A DNA stretch of 64,000 bases. Source: Chrysomallon squamiferum. Its lineage: Eukaryota; Animalia; Mollusca. Every line of letters begins with the position of its first letter. The first letter of the stretch is position 1. Location of the stretch: positions 21,328,001-21,392,000 of the forward strand of contig CM022671.1 of assembly GCA_012295275.1 (NCBI GenBank), written 5' to 3'. The notes under the pieces are model-generated. The model was given only the letters and a program-made list of their open reading frames with translations, ran no database searches and was not told where the DNA came from. Shown in pieces: positions 42,788 through 57,034 of this stretch. The position numbers and the translations under genes were made by a program.

Positions 42788-43512
42788 CAGTGCTACCTTG
42801 ACTTACGAGTGCACCAACTTACGAGTTTTTCGAGTTACGAACAGTCGCCCGGTCGATTTTTTGCGAGCCAAACTTCGACTTATCAGCAAGCTTCAGGTAC
42901 GCCGCCGTTAGTCGGCGCAACGAACAACACAACATCCGCCCAGCATCCCGCGTCTCACTCGTTTACATCACGTGGTTACCTCGCCGTTGAAGCATCTCTG
43001 TTGTGTTGTGCTAGCGTATTGTGCAGTATTTCGCCAAATTTCTTTTTTTCTGATCATGGATCCTAAGAAAGTGAGTGCGAAGGAGAGTGCTGAGAAGATG
43101 ATATCCATTGAATTAAACCTTGATTTCACAGAAAAACATGAGCGAGGTGAGCGTGTAGTCGACTTGGCTAGGCAGTACGAACGCAATACTTCTACGACAC
43201 GTACCATAATGTTACTGAAGCAGAAGGAGTCGATAAAGACAAAAACTCCAGGCAAAGGCGTTAAAATAAAATGTCTGATCTCCAAGATAAATACACTTTA
43301 CAAAACCAATTTATTTTTTTACAGTCTCTTTTATTTTGTTTTTATACATTATTTGTCTTTTATAAATACATGATTTTTTTGGGGGGGAGGGTTGAAACGG
43401 ATTAATGGTACTTCAGTTAATTTCAGTTGGCATAATTGATTTGGTATACGAGAAAATTGAGTTACGAGCTCGGTCACGGAACGAATTAAACTTGTAAGTC
43501 AAGGTACCACTG
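42788..43512 (+). mobile_element. Internally deleted Tigger/pogo-type DNA transposon
   Basis: 23-bp TIRs CAGTGCTACCTTGACTTACGAGT / CAGTGGTACCTTGACTTACAAGT flanked by TA; retains the N-terminal HTH segment MDPKKVSAK...EKHERGERVVDLARQYERNTST from 43056; no DDE domain. Confidence 0.9.
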
Positions 43513-43536
43513 TATTTCTTAATTAATTAATTAATT

Positions 43537-43584
<48 letters not shown>

Positions 43585-43803
43585 TGCGCATCAACTGTCA
43601 CTAGCAAAAACACCGACGATATTCACAATAGTTAATTTATGAGTCTTTATTTGTTTAAAAGGTTTATCCTTCCTGACGTAAATGAAATGACCTTGAAATG
43701 TTGAGCCTCGCATTTATTTGTTAAAATGTCTGGTTTCATGTTGATATCAACGAACATCAAACAGTCAACAGTTGTTTTGACAGCAGTAATTCCGCAGTTG
43801 TTT

Positions 43804-43854
<51 letters not shown>

Positions 43855-44009
43855 TTTTATTTTTTTTTATTTTTTTCACACAAAGCTTTGCTGATTTACG
43901 TAAATATCGATTTTGAATTAAACATCGCAAAATGTTTCACTAACCCACAAACCTGTTTTAAATAAACAAAACAAAACCTTTTTGTACTTTGCACAAACTT
44001 TTAGTCACG

Positions 44010-44045
<36 letters not shown>

Positions 44046-44372
44046 CTTTTCTGTTTTTTACCCAGTAAACATTAAGCCTTAAAGCTCAGATGAAAAATAA
44101 CGATTTTAATCAGTCCGCGGTTAAGGACGTACCGCAAGCGCAATTCAAGATGTAATCGTGTTTACGTCATCATAGATATTTATCAAATTGACTGGTTTCA
44201 GACTGAAAGAATCAAAACAAACAAATCGCCAGATTTATTATTAATATTTTTCTTCTGTTGTTGTTTCGACATTACACTGGCGTAGATAGATTATAAAAAT
44301 GCGATTGCTTTGATTAGTTTATTTTTCATTATTAATATTGTTACACATGTGTGTATGTCTGTATGAACGTAT

Positions 44373-44415
<43 letters not shown>

Positions 44416-47400
44416 TACATTTTATTTGTTTTAATGTCGTTTGGGATGCCTTCAAAACAGCCAAATAATTTGTTTTGTTGATTTTTTTAATTATAATTTA
44501 TTTATTTTTATTTTATATTTTATTTATTTTTTATTTTTTATTGTTATTATTTTTTAATTCTTTCTTTCTTATATATTTGTTTTTTGTGCGTTTGTGCGTT
44601 TGTCTATGAACTTCAATAGTTACATATGCACATATATTAAGTAAGTTTTCCACAGGTCTATCAATTTTTAAACTTGTTGTGGTTGTTGTGGTTGTTGTGG
44701 TTGTTGCTTAAAGTACTGATAGTAAATGTTGTCCAGAATTAAGAAATGATCGTTTTCTTTCATCTTTATGCTTTTATTATTATTACCGTTATTTCATTAA
44801 CATAAGAAATACTAAATAAAAAGGCAACTCATTCATACATACTCTTGGCGTGGTCTTGAAAATTACTTTCACCCGGACATGTAAATAAAATATTAGAGAC
44901 TCGTAATATCAAACACTCTCGAAAATACCAATACAGTCTGTCGAGCTTTGTCAAATCTGGCGTAAACAGCTCGCGTCTTACTCAAAGAGGCTTATTGTCG
45001 CTTTCTGCTACAATGTCATAAAAAATTAAAATGCAATCAGCAAAAGGGAAACGCTGTTCTTTTAAAAGGAGCGACGCGTTGGGAAACCTTGCAGAGGGAC
45101 CGAGACAACGGTCGTGCGTTATATCTCCTGTTTTAATTATGACAACTTAACGAGCGGCGTAGCCTCATTTGACGAGCGGTGTCTAAACGTCAACCCGTGC
45201 GCATCGATCGTCTGATTAGATTAAATCCGCGGTGGAAAACGACGTCTGAAGCAGTGTTCTGTGTTTTGTCTGACAGATAACTCTGGCGGAAAGACATGTA
45301 AGCAAATAGTAACTCGTTTTGTTAACAGACGTAAATAAACTGCTGTTTTAGATGGACGTGATACGTAATTTCCCATTCCAGCCACCGTTATAATCATCGC
45401 TTGTGTATTTAAGTGCTATACCTAAGGCTGTGTAATGTTAATTATAGTATTATACGATCATTGATAAATAAGCAGAATTTCAATATATATTTACCCGTGT
45501 CTTATGACCACTGTAATGTTCTGAACGAACTTCACAAGTGCACCAGAATTTAAAGGTTAATCAAAGGTCACTTCATCATAATTTCATTTAAAGAAACTAT
45601 GCAAATTAGTTATTAAAAAATAAAATTAAAGTAAGGGCAATTTCACACGGAGAAATTAATGGAAAATAAACTGTTTAAGAAGAGATCAGTTTCAAAGTAC
45701 CAAATTACCAATGAATTCATTAATTTAATTAATGTATTTATACTTACATGAAATGAATCCACGATAAAACAAATAATTCATCCTCGTAAGTTTATCATTG
45801 CAATGTTATAACTTTATCATTTTACCAATAGCTGTTATGAATAAAACACTAATATGGAAGTTTACTTGTTCGAACTGCATACAGTACGAACACGTTAATT
45901 CTTAATTAACTGACAGATAACACGAAATGTGTCATTAAATGATTAAATGTATTTATTATCAGATGATTATGTCGAACTTGTCTGCTCCTTTAAGTCTATC
46001 TTAAAAAAGGATCTATATAAAGGCGAGCAATATTAACCCTTTTCATATGACATAATTAAGATAAGGGATAAAATACACCTGCCGATTCTGCATCAATAGT
46101 TCCTCGATGGTTTCTTACAATACACTCTCTAAATCCAATCCCTAATTACGAAAAATATTATGCTTACTTCCATATAGTTCTTGCTTAATAATACTTCAAC
46201 AACCGAAGCGAAATAAGTATCTTGGAAATAGCTTGGGAAAAAAAAAAAAAAAAAAAAATCTGGTAAGACTTTTAATTGGAAATAGTATATCGACTGGAGG
46301 TCACTGCTATCTTTTATGCAGTTTTAAATCGCAGTCACATTTTACATACAGCATAAGCAAGAAGTGCTGAATTAATTATAACATTTTTTTTTTTTTTTTT
46401 TGACGTATTGTTAAATTAATATTAACGTCCCAAAACATAGCAACATCTCTGCAAAAAGATTTGAAGAGTAAATGTTTAATAATGAATTGACCTGTCGGGT
46501 CAAGGTCAAAGTTTAAATCAATGTATTTTAATTACTACTAGTAGTAGTAATAGTAGCAGCAGCAGCAGCAGCAGCTGTAGTAGTAGTAGTAGTAGTAGTA
46601 GTCGTGGTGGTGGTGATGGTGGTTGTGGTGGTAAGAAATTGATGATGATTAGAAAATTCCAAATGAAGCTTAATTAGTTTCCTAAGTTTAATTGACTATC
46701 TATAAAACTACAAATTAGTCGCAGTGTAAAGTAATATATATATATATATATATATATTTAGAATATTTATTACAGTAGTTAATATAAAATATGTTTCAAA
46801 TGTGCAATGGAAGTATGAATGACAAAGTGTTTCCTAGGTTAGATCAATCACGTGACACTTCTGTCCTACGTCCTCAGCTACGAGCTGAAATAGTCTTTCT
46901 GATTAGAAATTCATGCAAGTGTTAATAAAGGTATTACGTTATAGGAATAGTATTTAATTAGTATTGCGAGTGCTGCTACTGAAATATTACAATGAATTTA
47001 GAAAAAAAAAACTGTATTTTTATATAAAAAAAAGAAAGAAAAGAAAAAAAAAAGTGAAGAAAAAAATGTTATATCTGCATAAAAAAATGATGATAATAAT
47101 AAGAAGAAGAAGAAGAAAACGAAGATGTGATGATGATGATGATGATGATGAACGAAAATGAAACATGATATCTTTGACGACGACGACGACGAAAGTTCTA
47201 AGATGAACCTGTACATATTAGCCAAACCAGTATTTGCACATATTCGTCAAACCAGTTTTTATACCCAGAAGGCTGCCCTCCAGTAATGCGATTATTTTCA
47301 TTCTTAACAAGTTCATGTATTCATTTCCGTAAATTATTGTACGAATATTGATTTGAAAAATATTGCAGACGTAATGTCAAGCAGACGAGAATTGGTTGAA

Positions 47401-48713
47401 TCTGCTGTGTTTGAAGTAACGCCAGCTAATAAGGATGCAGAGACTGTTTCTATTTCCCTTCCACTGTCTATTAATTGTTTAAACATTTGAAACTTACACA
47501 GAGCTGAAGATCAAAGCATGCTTGTCTTGGACACATAATTCAGAAGCCAATGCTGCCCGGCCGAAACAGTGTTAGTATGTTAGAAGTCAGAAGACTTGTT
47601 AAGTAGTTTTATATTTATCCTGTTATTTCTTTAGAAGAGCAGAACACGGCATTAAAACTTAAAATTCTTAAGATCGATGACTGTCAAAGACTAGTATTGT
47701 CAGTGTAAAAAAAAAAAAAAAAAAAAAAAATCAGATATCGATAGATGTTTTTTTATTTTCTGTTCCTTTTCTTCTTCTTTCATTTTTTTCTTTCTTTTTT
47801 TGTTTTGTTTTGTTTTATGTTTGAAATCGATCATTTTCGAATAATTTTTTTTAGAGGATTTTTTTTTTTTTATTTGGTACTAGTTTTCTTAAGAAGATGA
47901 ACAGCAACTATGACACCAAGATAAAAAAAAATGGCAGTTATTACAACAAAAAAAAAAAAAAAAGAAAATACAAGGAAAAGAAAGATGTCTGTTCAGTTTC
48001 AAAACAGCAAGAAATAACACGATTGTGTTGTCCCCCAAGAAGTATTTGTGTTTGTAATTAAATGTCGAAACAGATCAGTTACAGTTTTAAATAGAAGTGA
48101 AACGAAAAACGAATCGGCAACAGCCAATAAATTCATTCGTGAAACATCGGTGGGTTTCGTTAATTTACGTTGTTGGCGAGAAATTGTAGCCAAACAGTGT
48201 TAATGTGTAATCAAATACAACATTTATAGTTACAACTTGCAACATGGTGCAGGTAAATTATGAGATATCAAGAAAACAAAGAAAAAGAGAAAGTCTTCGA
48301 TTTTACTCTAAAACAGGTAACTAATAAATAACTCAGAAGGATCGATTCATGAACCAGTTGCTTCTGAATTTATCATTTCAAACTTTACTAAAAGAAACAT
48401 TTGGTTGTTCTTGTTATTTTGTGACAAAGACTTCAGAATTAATCATCCGCATTATCTACTTAATTTTATTTTTTATTTTGAAAGAAATTATGAGGTAAAG
48501 AGTAAAATGTATTCTTAAGAATTTTGAACTTACTCTTATAGACTGGAGGATGTTTAGTGTTTATACACTTTACACTTACTGATATCTGCAGCCACTGAGT
48601 GGGCTGAATTAAATTGTACTTGATACTAAAGCTAAATTTTATATTATATAATAAACTAAAACAAGGTATGAACTGATCTAAGTGATTAGCGAAAAGAACT
48701 ATCTCGAACTTAC

Positions 48714-48991
48714 CTTGATAAAATTCCAGTCCAGCATTTCGAAAAATAAATAACAGAACTGTCACTTCTCTTTCAAAGAGTAACTAATCAGCAGTCACTA
48801 GTTACAGTACTTGTTCTAACTCCAGAATACGCTACAATCACTTGTATTTGAAACTGAAACTTACAGCCCGTAGTTACAGCGTTTAGTCAAACTGACTCCA
48901 GAAAAATCGACAGAGTTTATTTAAATATCTATAATATACATATTAACGAGTTTCTCCACCAGCTAACAGCCTCTGTTCTGTGACGTCCAAT
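48714..48991 (-). promoter_or_regulatory. Candidate distal core promoter and non-coding first exon (NOS orientation)
   Basis: TATTTAAATAAA (48927-48916), Inr TCAGTT (A at 48893), CRE-like TGACGTCC and CCAAT at 48981-48991, donors GCT|GTAAGT (48864) and AAG|GTAAGT (48713). Confidence 0.5.
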
Positions 48992-50299
48992 AACCAAAGC
49001 AACCATCGCTCGATAACCTCTAGTGATGAAGATTCGCCGTCAAGAAGGGTGGAGACTATACTGTCGTCTGCTCATCTCCGTCACGCCCACAAACCAAAAC
49101 GTGAACGTTGGTATTTAAAGGTACGCCGTCATCCACGGACATTTTGACTTTCTGATCTATAAGTTTCAACTCGATGCTCTTCGTTTTTGAATCGGCCCGT
49201 GTTTGTTTTTCTCATTGACTTTATTCACTTTTTAACCACTGGATCTCGCGTGTCCTACGTTTCCCAACAACGAGAGTTAGAAGAGTCACCTGAAGTAAAG
49301 AAATTTGTTATTGTATCCATTATCCAAGCTGAAGTTTAGCAAAACACGGACTCCAGTGAGAAAGTGTATTTATTTTGTCACTGTTATAAACTTGGTATTG
49401 AATTATCTGTATTGATCAAACGTGTTATATTCTTCTGCTGTTACAGTCAGACTCTAAGCTACAATTATTTCAGTTCATTCAGTTTTCTCGCCGCTGTACT
49501 TAATATACCTGAGAAGTGTGTGATGCGGTTGAGTTATTATAACACCATGCTCACCTTCCTAGTGGGACTAGACTATAGTACAGTGGCTTGATTTCGGGAT
49601 CAATACAGAGCCCCGCCACAAATTTATTAAATTCCGATTTTTTTTCCGATTATTAAGATGAATTATAAAATAAAAATAAAAAATAAATAAATATCTTTCT
49701 CTTATATTATCACTTATGAAATTTTTTAAATTTAAACATAGACATATATATTATAAAATCTGTTAATATTAAAATATATTGAAGTATTGCTAAAATATTA
49801 TTTCAATCTTTATATGTTACGTGACATAGGATGGATTATAGTTTGAACGGTTTCTGATTAAGATATTTTGAAGATTATTACATTAAGTCTTTCACAAGCG
49901 GTATTTGAATATATTCCTGAAAGGGCTTTCGTGTCTTTTATTTTTTAGCGTTCTGCTTGTTAATCTTTTCTAGCATATGTAAATACTTAATTTCACTATC
50001 TCCATAATGCTTAGACGACAGAAGTGAAAAACAATTTGATTTAGGCGTAGTCAAAATGAAATAAACGGCAATGCGTTTATCCACGAGTACGACACTGTCT
50101 ACTTTTTCTTCAAGAACACTGGATCGGGGTGGCTATAATGTATTTTCATATTTCTCTATTTTTCACGATTTGATTTTCTATGGTAACAGTAGACTGTTAG
50201 CATAGCGGCTTCGAATATAATGAACCTAAATATATATTTGACAGTGATTCAGCTAAATATCATTTACAGTGTATATCAAAGTCAATTCATTTATTCAGA

Positions 50300-50530
50300 T
50301 CTCCGCCACTGGGAATTTCCCGTTCCAGCAAGCTATCCACAACAGGCAGTAGTGTGTCCTTTCCTCTCTCAGAGAAGATTCTTATAAACAATAAAATCGA
50401 AAAAGTATTCTACCTTGTGGTGTAGCGGGTTTCTTCTCTCCTTATCTGAATGTCTTTAACCTTATTTATTACGTTGTAAAACAAGATATTTAAAATAACG
50501 AATGCATCGTTAAATAAAACATTTTTTTCT
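50300..50530 (+). mobile_element. Decayed SINE (Nin/Deu-core-like molluscan family)
   Basis: Blocks TTTCCCGTTCCAGC, AGCGGGTTTCTTCTCTC and GCATCGTTAAATAAAACATTT occur in the order I recall from molluscan Nin-domain SINEs; not database-verified. Confidence 0.55.
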
Positions 50531-50587
50531 TTCTTATTCTTATTCTTCTAATATATTTTCTTTCAGTATACTTCCTCCCTCTCTCGT

Positions 50588-50627
<40 letters not shown>

Positions 50628-51158
50628 AGCAGATTCTAAATCTTCATGTCTTTCTTAATCTTCTGTTTTCCTTCTTCTTTTTCTTCTTCTTTTTTTTAAT
50701 CATTTATTACATTTTTCTTTAATTTTTAAATATTGCCCAGATATCACAAATTACAAATCGATAAGAAGACAAAATAAAAATATTATGTACTGGAAAATAA
50801 TTTAATCCTTGGTGTTTTTCTTTTACATAAAAAAACAAAACAAATCATACAGTATTATTGTGTTTACGTGTTTTAACACGCTTAGAACTGTGACTCGTTT
50901 TATCGCTTATAATAATAACTGTTTTCTGAAAAAAGGTCGCGTGTTTATGTACAGACAAACTAACAAAAACATGGTTCATGAACTATAAGATATGTTATTA
51001 AACAATGTATTAAATATATTTCTAAATTAAAAACATAAATAAGTGAAATATATTCTGCATTTTAAAGACGAGAAGAGTGTAACCGATTATTATGAAACAA
51101 ACATACGATGTTTTTCTGCGCTTTCGTATTTATTTTATTTTTTATTATTATTGCTTCT

Positions 51159-51241
<83 letters not shown>

Positions 51242-53911
51242 CGCACACATTCTCCCTCTCTCTCGATCTATATATAATATATATATATATACTCTCTCTC
51301 TCTCTCTCCTACACCCACACACACATACACACAGATACACATACCTAAATATATACACATAAATATCTATATCTACCACATTTTCACCCTCACTCCAATA
51401 ATCATAAATGTCTACCTCATAAATCAGAAGAAACAAAAATCAAAGTAAGATTTCACTGTGAGTTTCAGAGATTTCAATAAAAATAAATTCTAACTAAATT
51501 TAGAAAGAAAGAAACATAGAATAAAAAGAGTGGGGAAAAAAGAAAGAAATATATCTATCATTACTAAAAAACTGTATTAATTTAAAAAATTTCCTTTCCA
51601 TTTAAAAAATAAATTAACTGTTGTACAAGAATATAACTGTTAACCAAACCCCGAAAATACAGATGATATTTATATTTAATTTTTGAAGATTATTCTTTTG
51701 AAAATGAAAAATACTATATAATGTTTTTTATCACGCAAAATAAAGTAACAATGGACAGCTATCTAAATCTGGAAATTAAAGCTACATTAACCTTTTAAAT
51801 AGATTTTTAATCCTTATAAAGTGTAAAATAACCGCTCCTCAATTCGACCACCCTCTGTATAAATGTATACCAGAATTAAAAAAAACCCAATCTCCATTCT
51901 ATATATTTCATTTATTCTTACAGTTATTATAAAATCTTAAAATGTTCAAATGTAAATGTCATCCATGGGAGAGTTAGTTGTATAAATAAGTATAAATAAA
52001 GAGAAATTATTTTAAGCATTGAATCTATTTTTAAAAATACTATAGTGGTTTCATCATGTATTCAAAGATTTGTAACTGCGGGGATTCCTTTTTTCTTTTT
52101 TTTTTGAGTATTGTGCAATATATAATTTACTTTCATTCATAAGAAGAATAATAATGAGTACTTTTATATTTGGTAAATATATGTCACTGGGTTATTGTGT
52201 TTTATTAATGAATACTAAAATAAAAATTGTTATCTGATAAAACCGCGAGAAGAATTCCTTTCTCTTTCATTTCCGTCTTTTTTTTTTTTTACCACCCATT
52301 CATTAATTTCTATTTTTGATATCGACATAAACGACTTATACTAAAATTAAAAGAAAACCGCAAAATTGCTTTGGAGATTCTAGAAATATCTTCAGTTAAT
52401 ATATAAAAATAAAACCTATGTTCTAAAATAGAAAATCCAATTTTATTTTATTTTTTTTTTTTTTTTCAAAATTGAAAATATTTTTATAATAATAATAATT
52501 ACTGATTAAGTGTTGGTTTGGGATTTCACTGTAACCACAAACCAAAAAAAAACAAAACATATATTATCGATAAGTACTAAAGAATAGTTCTATGAAGTCC
52601 AACGATAATTTCAATAATATTTTTAAATTTTAAAAAAAAAAAAAAAAAAAAAAAATTAAATTAAAAAAACGCGTCTACATCAGTAGAATGTGAAACAGAC
52701 ACATTTCTATAAATACGAAAGTAAAACTAGCTTCTAAATGTTTCACTTGTTTTATTTACTTGTATCAGAAATGATAATTGATATATATATATAGAATCTC
52801 ACGGGAAGTAAATCGATAGCCGTAGATTCGTAGTTACATTTAAACTTGTCTGTGGGAATTATAATAAGAAAACAAATTAATTCAGCTGAATTGTTTTGTA
52901 ATTAAGTGATTACGCGCACACCAGTAATTATTAAGTTAATATTTATTTAAGATTCTACATATCCTTCTCTTCTTTCCACACTGCAACACATTCGTTCCTC
53001 ACTCGAACTGCGTCGAACGTTCGATTACGTGGGAGAAACTTAACAACCAAAGCAAACACGTTTTGAAGAACACTCATTACATTTATCTAAGAAAATCTAT
53101 TGTTTTCAAGTGTCGGGTTCATTTGTCGCTGTGTTAATAATGTTGCGAATTCGCTTGGAAATGAAGACGGTGCCATGCACTTTAATATTGGGTTGTCGTT
53201 CTTTACTGTGGGTATAGTCTTTGATGTACAATACATTAACCAAAGCATGGAACAGAAAATAATTCGAAGAATGCTTTACATGTTGCCGAGTGTAAAATAC
53301 CTTTAGAACTTAGCAAAACATAAAGTTCATTAGAAGAAACGGAAAATGACAGCTCTCCAATCTTAATATAGAAAAATAATAATTATACATTCATGTATTG
53401 TGTGTGTGTGGCTGTTTATGTGTATGTGTCTATGTGTGTCTTTGTATTTTGATTTAAACAACAAAGCAACAGTCTTTAGTTCAATCTTTAGAATATTCTG
53501 TTAAGTGACAGAAAGCAGGATCGGATCCTTCTGAATGCTTCTTTGTTTCATTTTCAGCTATTACCTAGTCAGTCAGTGAAATGAAGGCATGGGGTTTACT
53601 CCCTCGTGTTACAGCTAAATACACGATTGACACCTATAACCACACGTTCATGCTTTATTTTCTCGTTTGTTCCTTTATTCAAGGACAGTGGCTGTAATTC
53701 AGATGTTGTGTTGTTAGCAGGAACAAGTGTGTTTCATTAAATGGTTAGATTATCTTAGTTAAATTGTTTTTTATTTATTTATTTATTTATTTAAGAATTC
53801 TTCTATCTTTTCGTTGTGTTTGGTCATTTTTGCTGAAGTTATATATCGATTAAGGAATGGTTGTTGTTTTGTTGGTGTGTTTATTTTATTTATTTTTGTT
53901 TATTTATTAAA

Positions 53912-53966
<55 letters not shown>

Positions 53967-55340
53967 CAAATATTTAATAAGCGCTTAACATTATTCTGTG
54001 TTCTAGATTCCTTGATGAAACACCTTAAGACTAGATAAAAAGTATTGATTATTTTGAAAATGTAAAGAAACCAACAGTAAAATCGATAAATTCAATTAAT
54101 GAAGAAAAATGTAGTAGACCAAAATTTGGCAGTGATAAAGTCCGTCAAGCATGAAAATGTGATCATTTAATGAATATTTAGAAAATTTCAGCCTGTGCAG
54201 GTTTTGATAAATAACTGATGAATTTCAGTACTGAGTAAACATGGTGTTATTTCAGTAAGGATGGGTTTGCTTATTTCGTCATTAGTGACACATTTTCCGA
54301 GTTTAATTTGTGGTGTATTATATTTGTGAAGATATATAATATACAAGTTGGCTGGGCAGGGAAAATGAAAGGCAGTATGGTCACTAGGCATTAGAAACAT
54401 TCCCAATTTACAAGAAAGAAAGGCGGGAAAACCCTTATAACCTGTCTCAAGTGTTACAACCATTCTGTCACCTCTTGCTTTTAATAAGAAAGTTGCAAAC
54501 ATTACAATCAAATTAATTTTCTAGATCACATAAAACAAATTGCATTATCTTTGGCTAACTAGTAAATTGCTTAACCCTTAATTTTTCATATCAATAAAAC
54601 GAGTGGCTTGCAAGGGATCTGTTGTCGGATGGGCTGCATCCTTCAACACGTTCGAAGTCTGCAGTTTCCTTCATGTCGTCCGGATTTGATTGTCAAATCT
54701 AATTTGCCATGTCGTGTCCATTATGGTCTTCGCGGTATTCTGTTCGACCCAGAAGACACTGACGTTAATCTCTACTCCAAAAGGCTTGCATCAGAGAACG
54801 GCGGTTGATGGTAGAACACAAACGAAGAAGTGGGAAACAAGACGAGCAAGAAGGTCAAATTTTCATTTAGGTGTGTATTATTGAATTATTCCTTGTATTG
54901 ATGGAGACTAATCAAGGTATTCAGGCACTTTTGTCAGTGAATCTGCTTCGAGATTAGATTATCCAAGACGGCCAAGTGGCGACGTTTCTAACAACACAGT
55001 AGATGCAAAACCAGCTAATTTATGATTGGATAAAAATATCAGCATGTTAAATATTTCCCTTTCCTTTTTAATGTTGTTATTCACAGCAGGATTTTTTTAA
55101 AAGGAAACTGAACCGACTTGTGGTTCATTTGTTGAATGCTTGGTAGCTGACATCAGTAGGAACATGCATTTATTAACACGTACGATTCATACAAAAAGTA
55201 TATTTTGCCCTGTGCTAGAAAAGTGCTGATATTGACACTGCAGTAACCTAAGACTATACAGTGTCAGTGTATCACTACAGATCTGCATTATGTTGAGTAT
55301 CTACAGTATTTATGCATCTGCTAATGTTTATGAATAACAG

Positions 55341-55585
55341 TAAGGGTCACCGGGGCAGGTCTAGCCATGGGACAGGCTAGACTACCTATCAATTAACCGT
55401 GTAGAAATTATCATTGTTTTTGATTAACCTGGTCTACCGCTGACGTCACAGCACTGTTCGACACGCGCGAGATTTCAGGATATTTAAAGCATCTGTAATT
55501 GCTTTTAAACCACCGTTTTCCGATTTGTATTTGAATTAGAGGTTAAAATGCCAAAACATGTCCCAACCTGTCCCGGTCTCTCCTA
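55341..55585. mobile_element. Putative old MITE with diverged terminal inverted repeats
   Basis: TA-AGGGTCACCGGGGCAGGTCTAGCCATG versus reverse complement of the right end TA-GGAGAGACCGGGACAGGTTGGGACATG (18/27 by hand). Confidence 0.5.
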
Positions 55586-57003
55586 TAACTGTCAAGACAT
55601 AGTTCGTAAATTCAATTAGCGGGTAACATTTGCGTGTTCATTTTTATATCAAGGGAGGCAAGAAGGAAAATATGAAATGCTTTTTTTCTTCCTTTCGATT
55701 TCGAATTTTTGCAACACCTGTTTATCCTACTTGCCTCCCTTGAGTTAACAGCGAACATTAAATTCTAACTTTATATCGTCGTAAATAACTCTATTTTTCG
55801 TTGGAAATTAACAAATTATAATGTATTATAATGAATTAGTTATAATTCGTTTTTTTGGTTTCTTTTTCTTTTTATTATGTGTGTGTGTGTGTTTTGTTGA
55901 GATATTACACTGAAATAATAAAATAATAAAACCCAAGAACATTAATATTTTACTGTATTTAATTTTCAACAATAGAAAACTGTTCACTCAACAAAAATAT
56001 CTAAACTGCTGATTCACAAAACCTCTGTTCACTGAACAATTTTCAAAAGCTTTTTTTATGTATATAAATATTAACAATAATTACAAGCAGCTTTAAAACA
56101 ACTAAGACACATTATCCTAGCTTATTATTAAAAAAAAGTAAACTATATGCATCTGAAAATACAAAGAAAGATAAAAGGTTATGATGAAAATGCTTCATTT
56201 TAAAACAGAAAAAGAAAACACTGCTAACATCACATAAAAAGTTCATAGGTCACAACCAAAAAATAAAATAATATATAAACAGCAGTAATAATATGTAATT
56301 ACACCTTCTGTCCAGGACCAGTAAGATCTTAAGAAACTTTTATAGTTACAAAAATAAAATAAAATAAAATGGGACAGAAATGCTGCCACATTTTTGTAAT
56401 AATTTTCTTTATCACAATATGAAAACCCTCCAAAAAAAAAAAAATATCCTCCTATAACAAATCTTTTTTTTTTTTCTTTTTTTTTCTGACATACAAACCA
56501 ACCATAAGCTGACAGCTGGAACTTGAATCAAATAAAATTTCACAGAACAAAACAAAAATCAATAGTAAACATAATTAATGAAACAGTTTTTAAGATCACA
56601 ACCATAAATATCAACAGGCATCATGAAGTTGAATTATCACATTCGTTGTTCAGAAAATATTCAGCACTAATCAAATAAATGGTTCTTTAAGCAAAGATGT
56701 ATCATCTTTTTTTCTGACTTCAGTTGTGTTTTTGATATGTTATTTTCATTTAAAAATTAAAAACAAAGATATTGTTGTGGGAAATAAGGTAATATAAAAA
56801 TAAATAATAATGGTATCACTCAGTAATTAGTATAAAGAAATCCTGTTTCTTGAAGCATTTAGCTCTAATAATAACTTATATCTTTTATTCAAAGAAATTG
56901 TTTTGAAATTAAACAATGTAACAAAATTAAATATATTTTGGTTTGAAATAAATTTAAACATCATTATAGTTTTTTTTATTTTGTATAAAGTTTTGTTTTT
57001 AAT

Positions 57004-57034
<31 letters not shown>

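Noticed and set aside
49540-49620. GC-richer stretch resembling a tRNA or SINE head
   Set aside because: I could not build a cloverleaf or find a convincing box B.
55656-55663. AGGCAAGA matching the 5' end of the miR-31 family
   Set aside because: The match stops after 8 nt; the rest of the mature sequence is absent.
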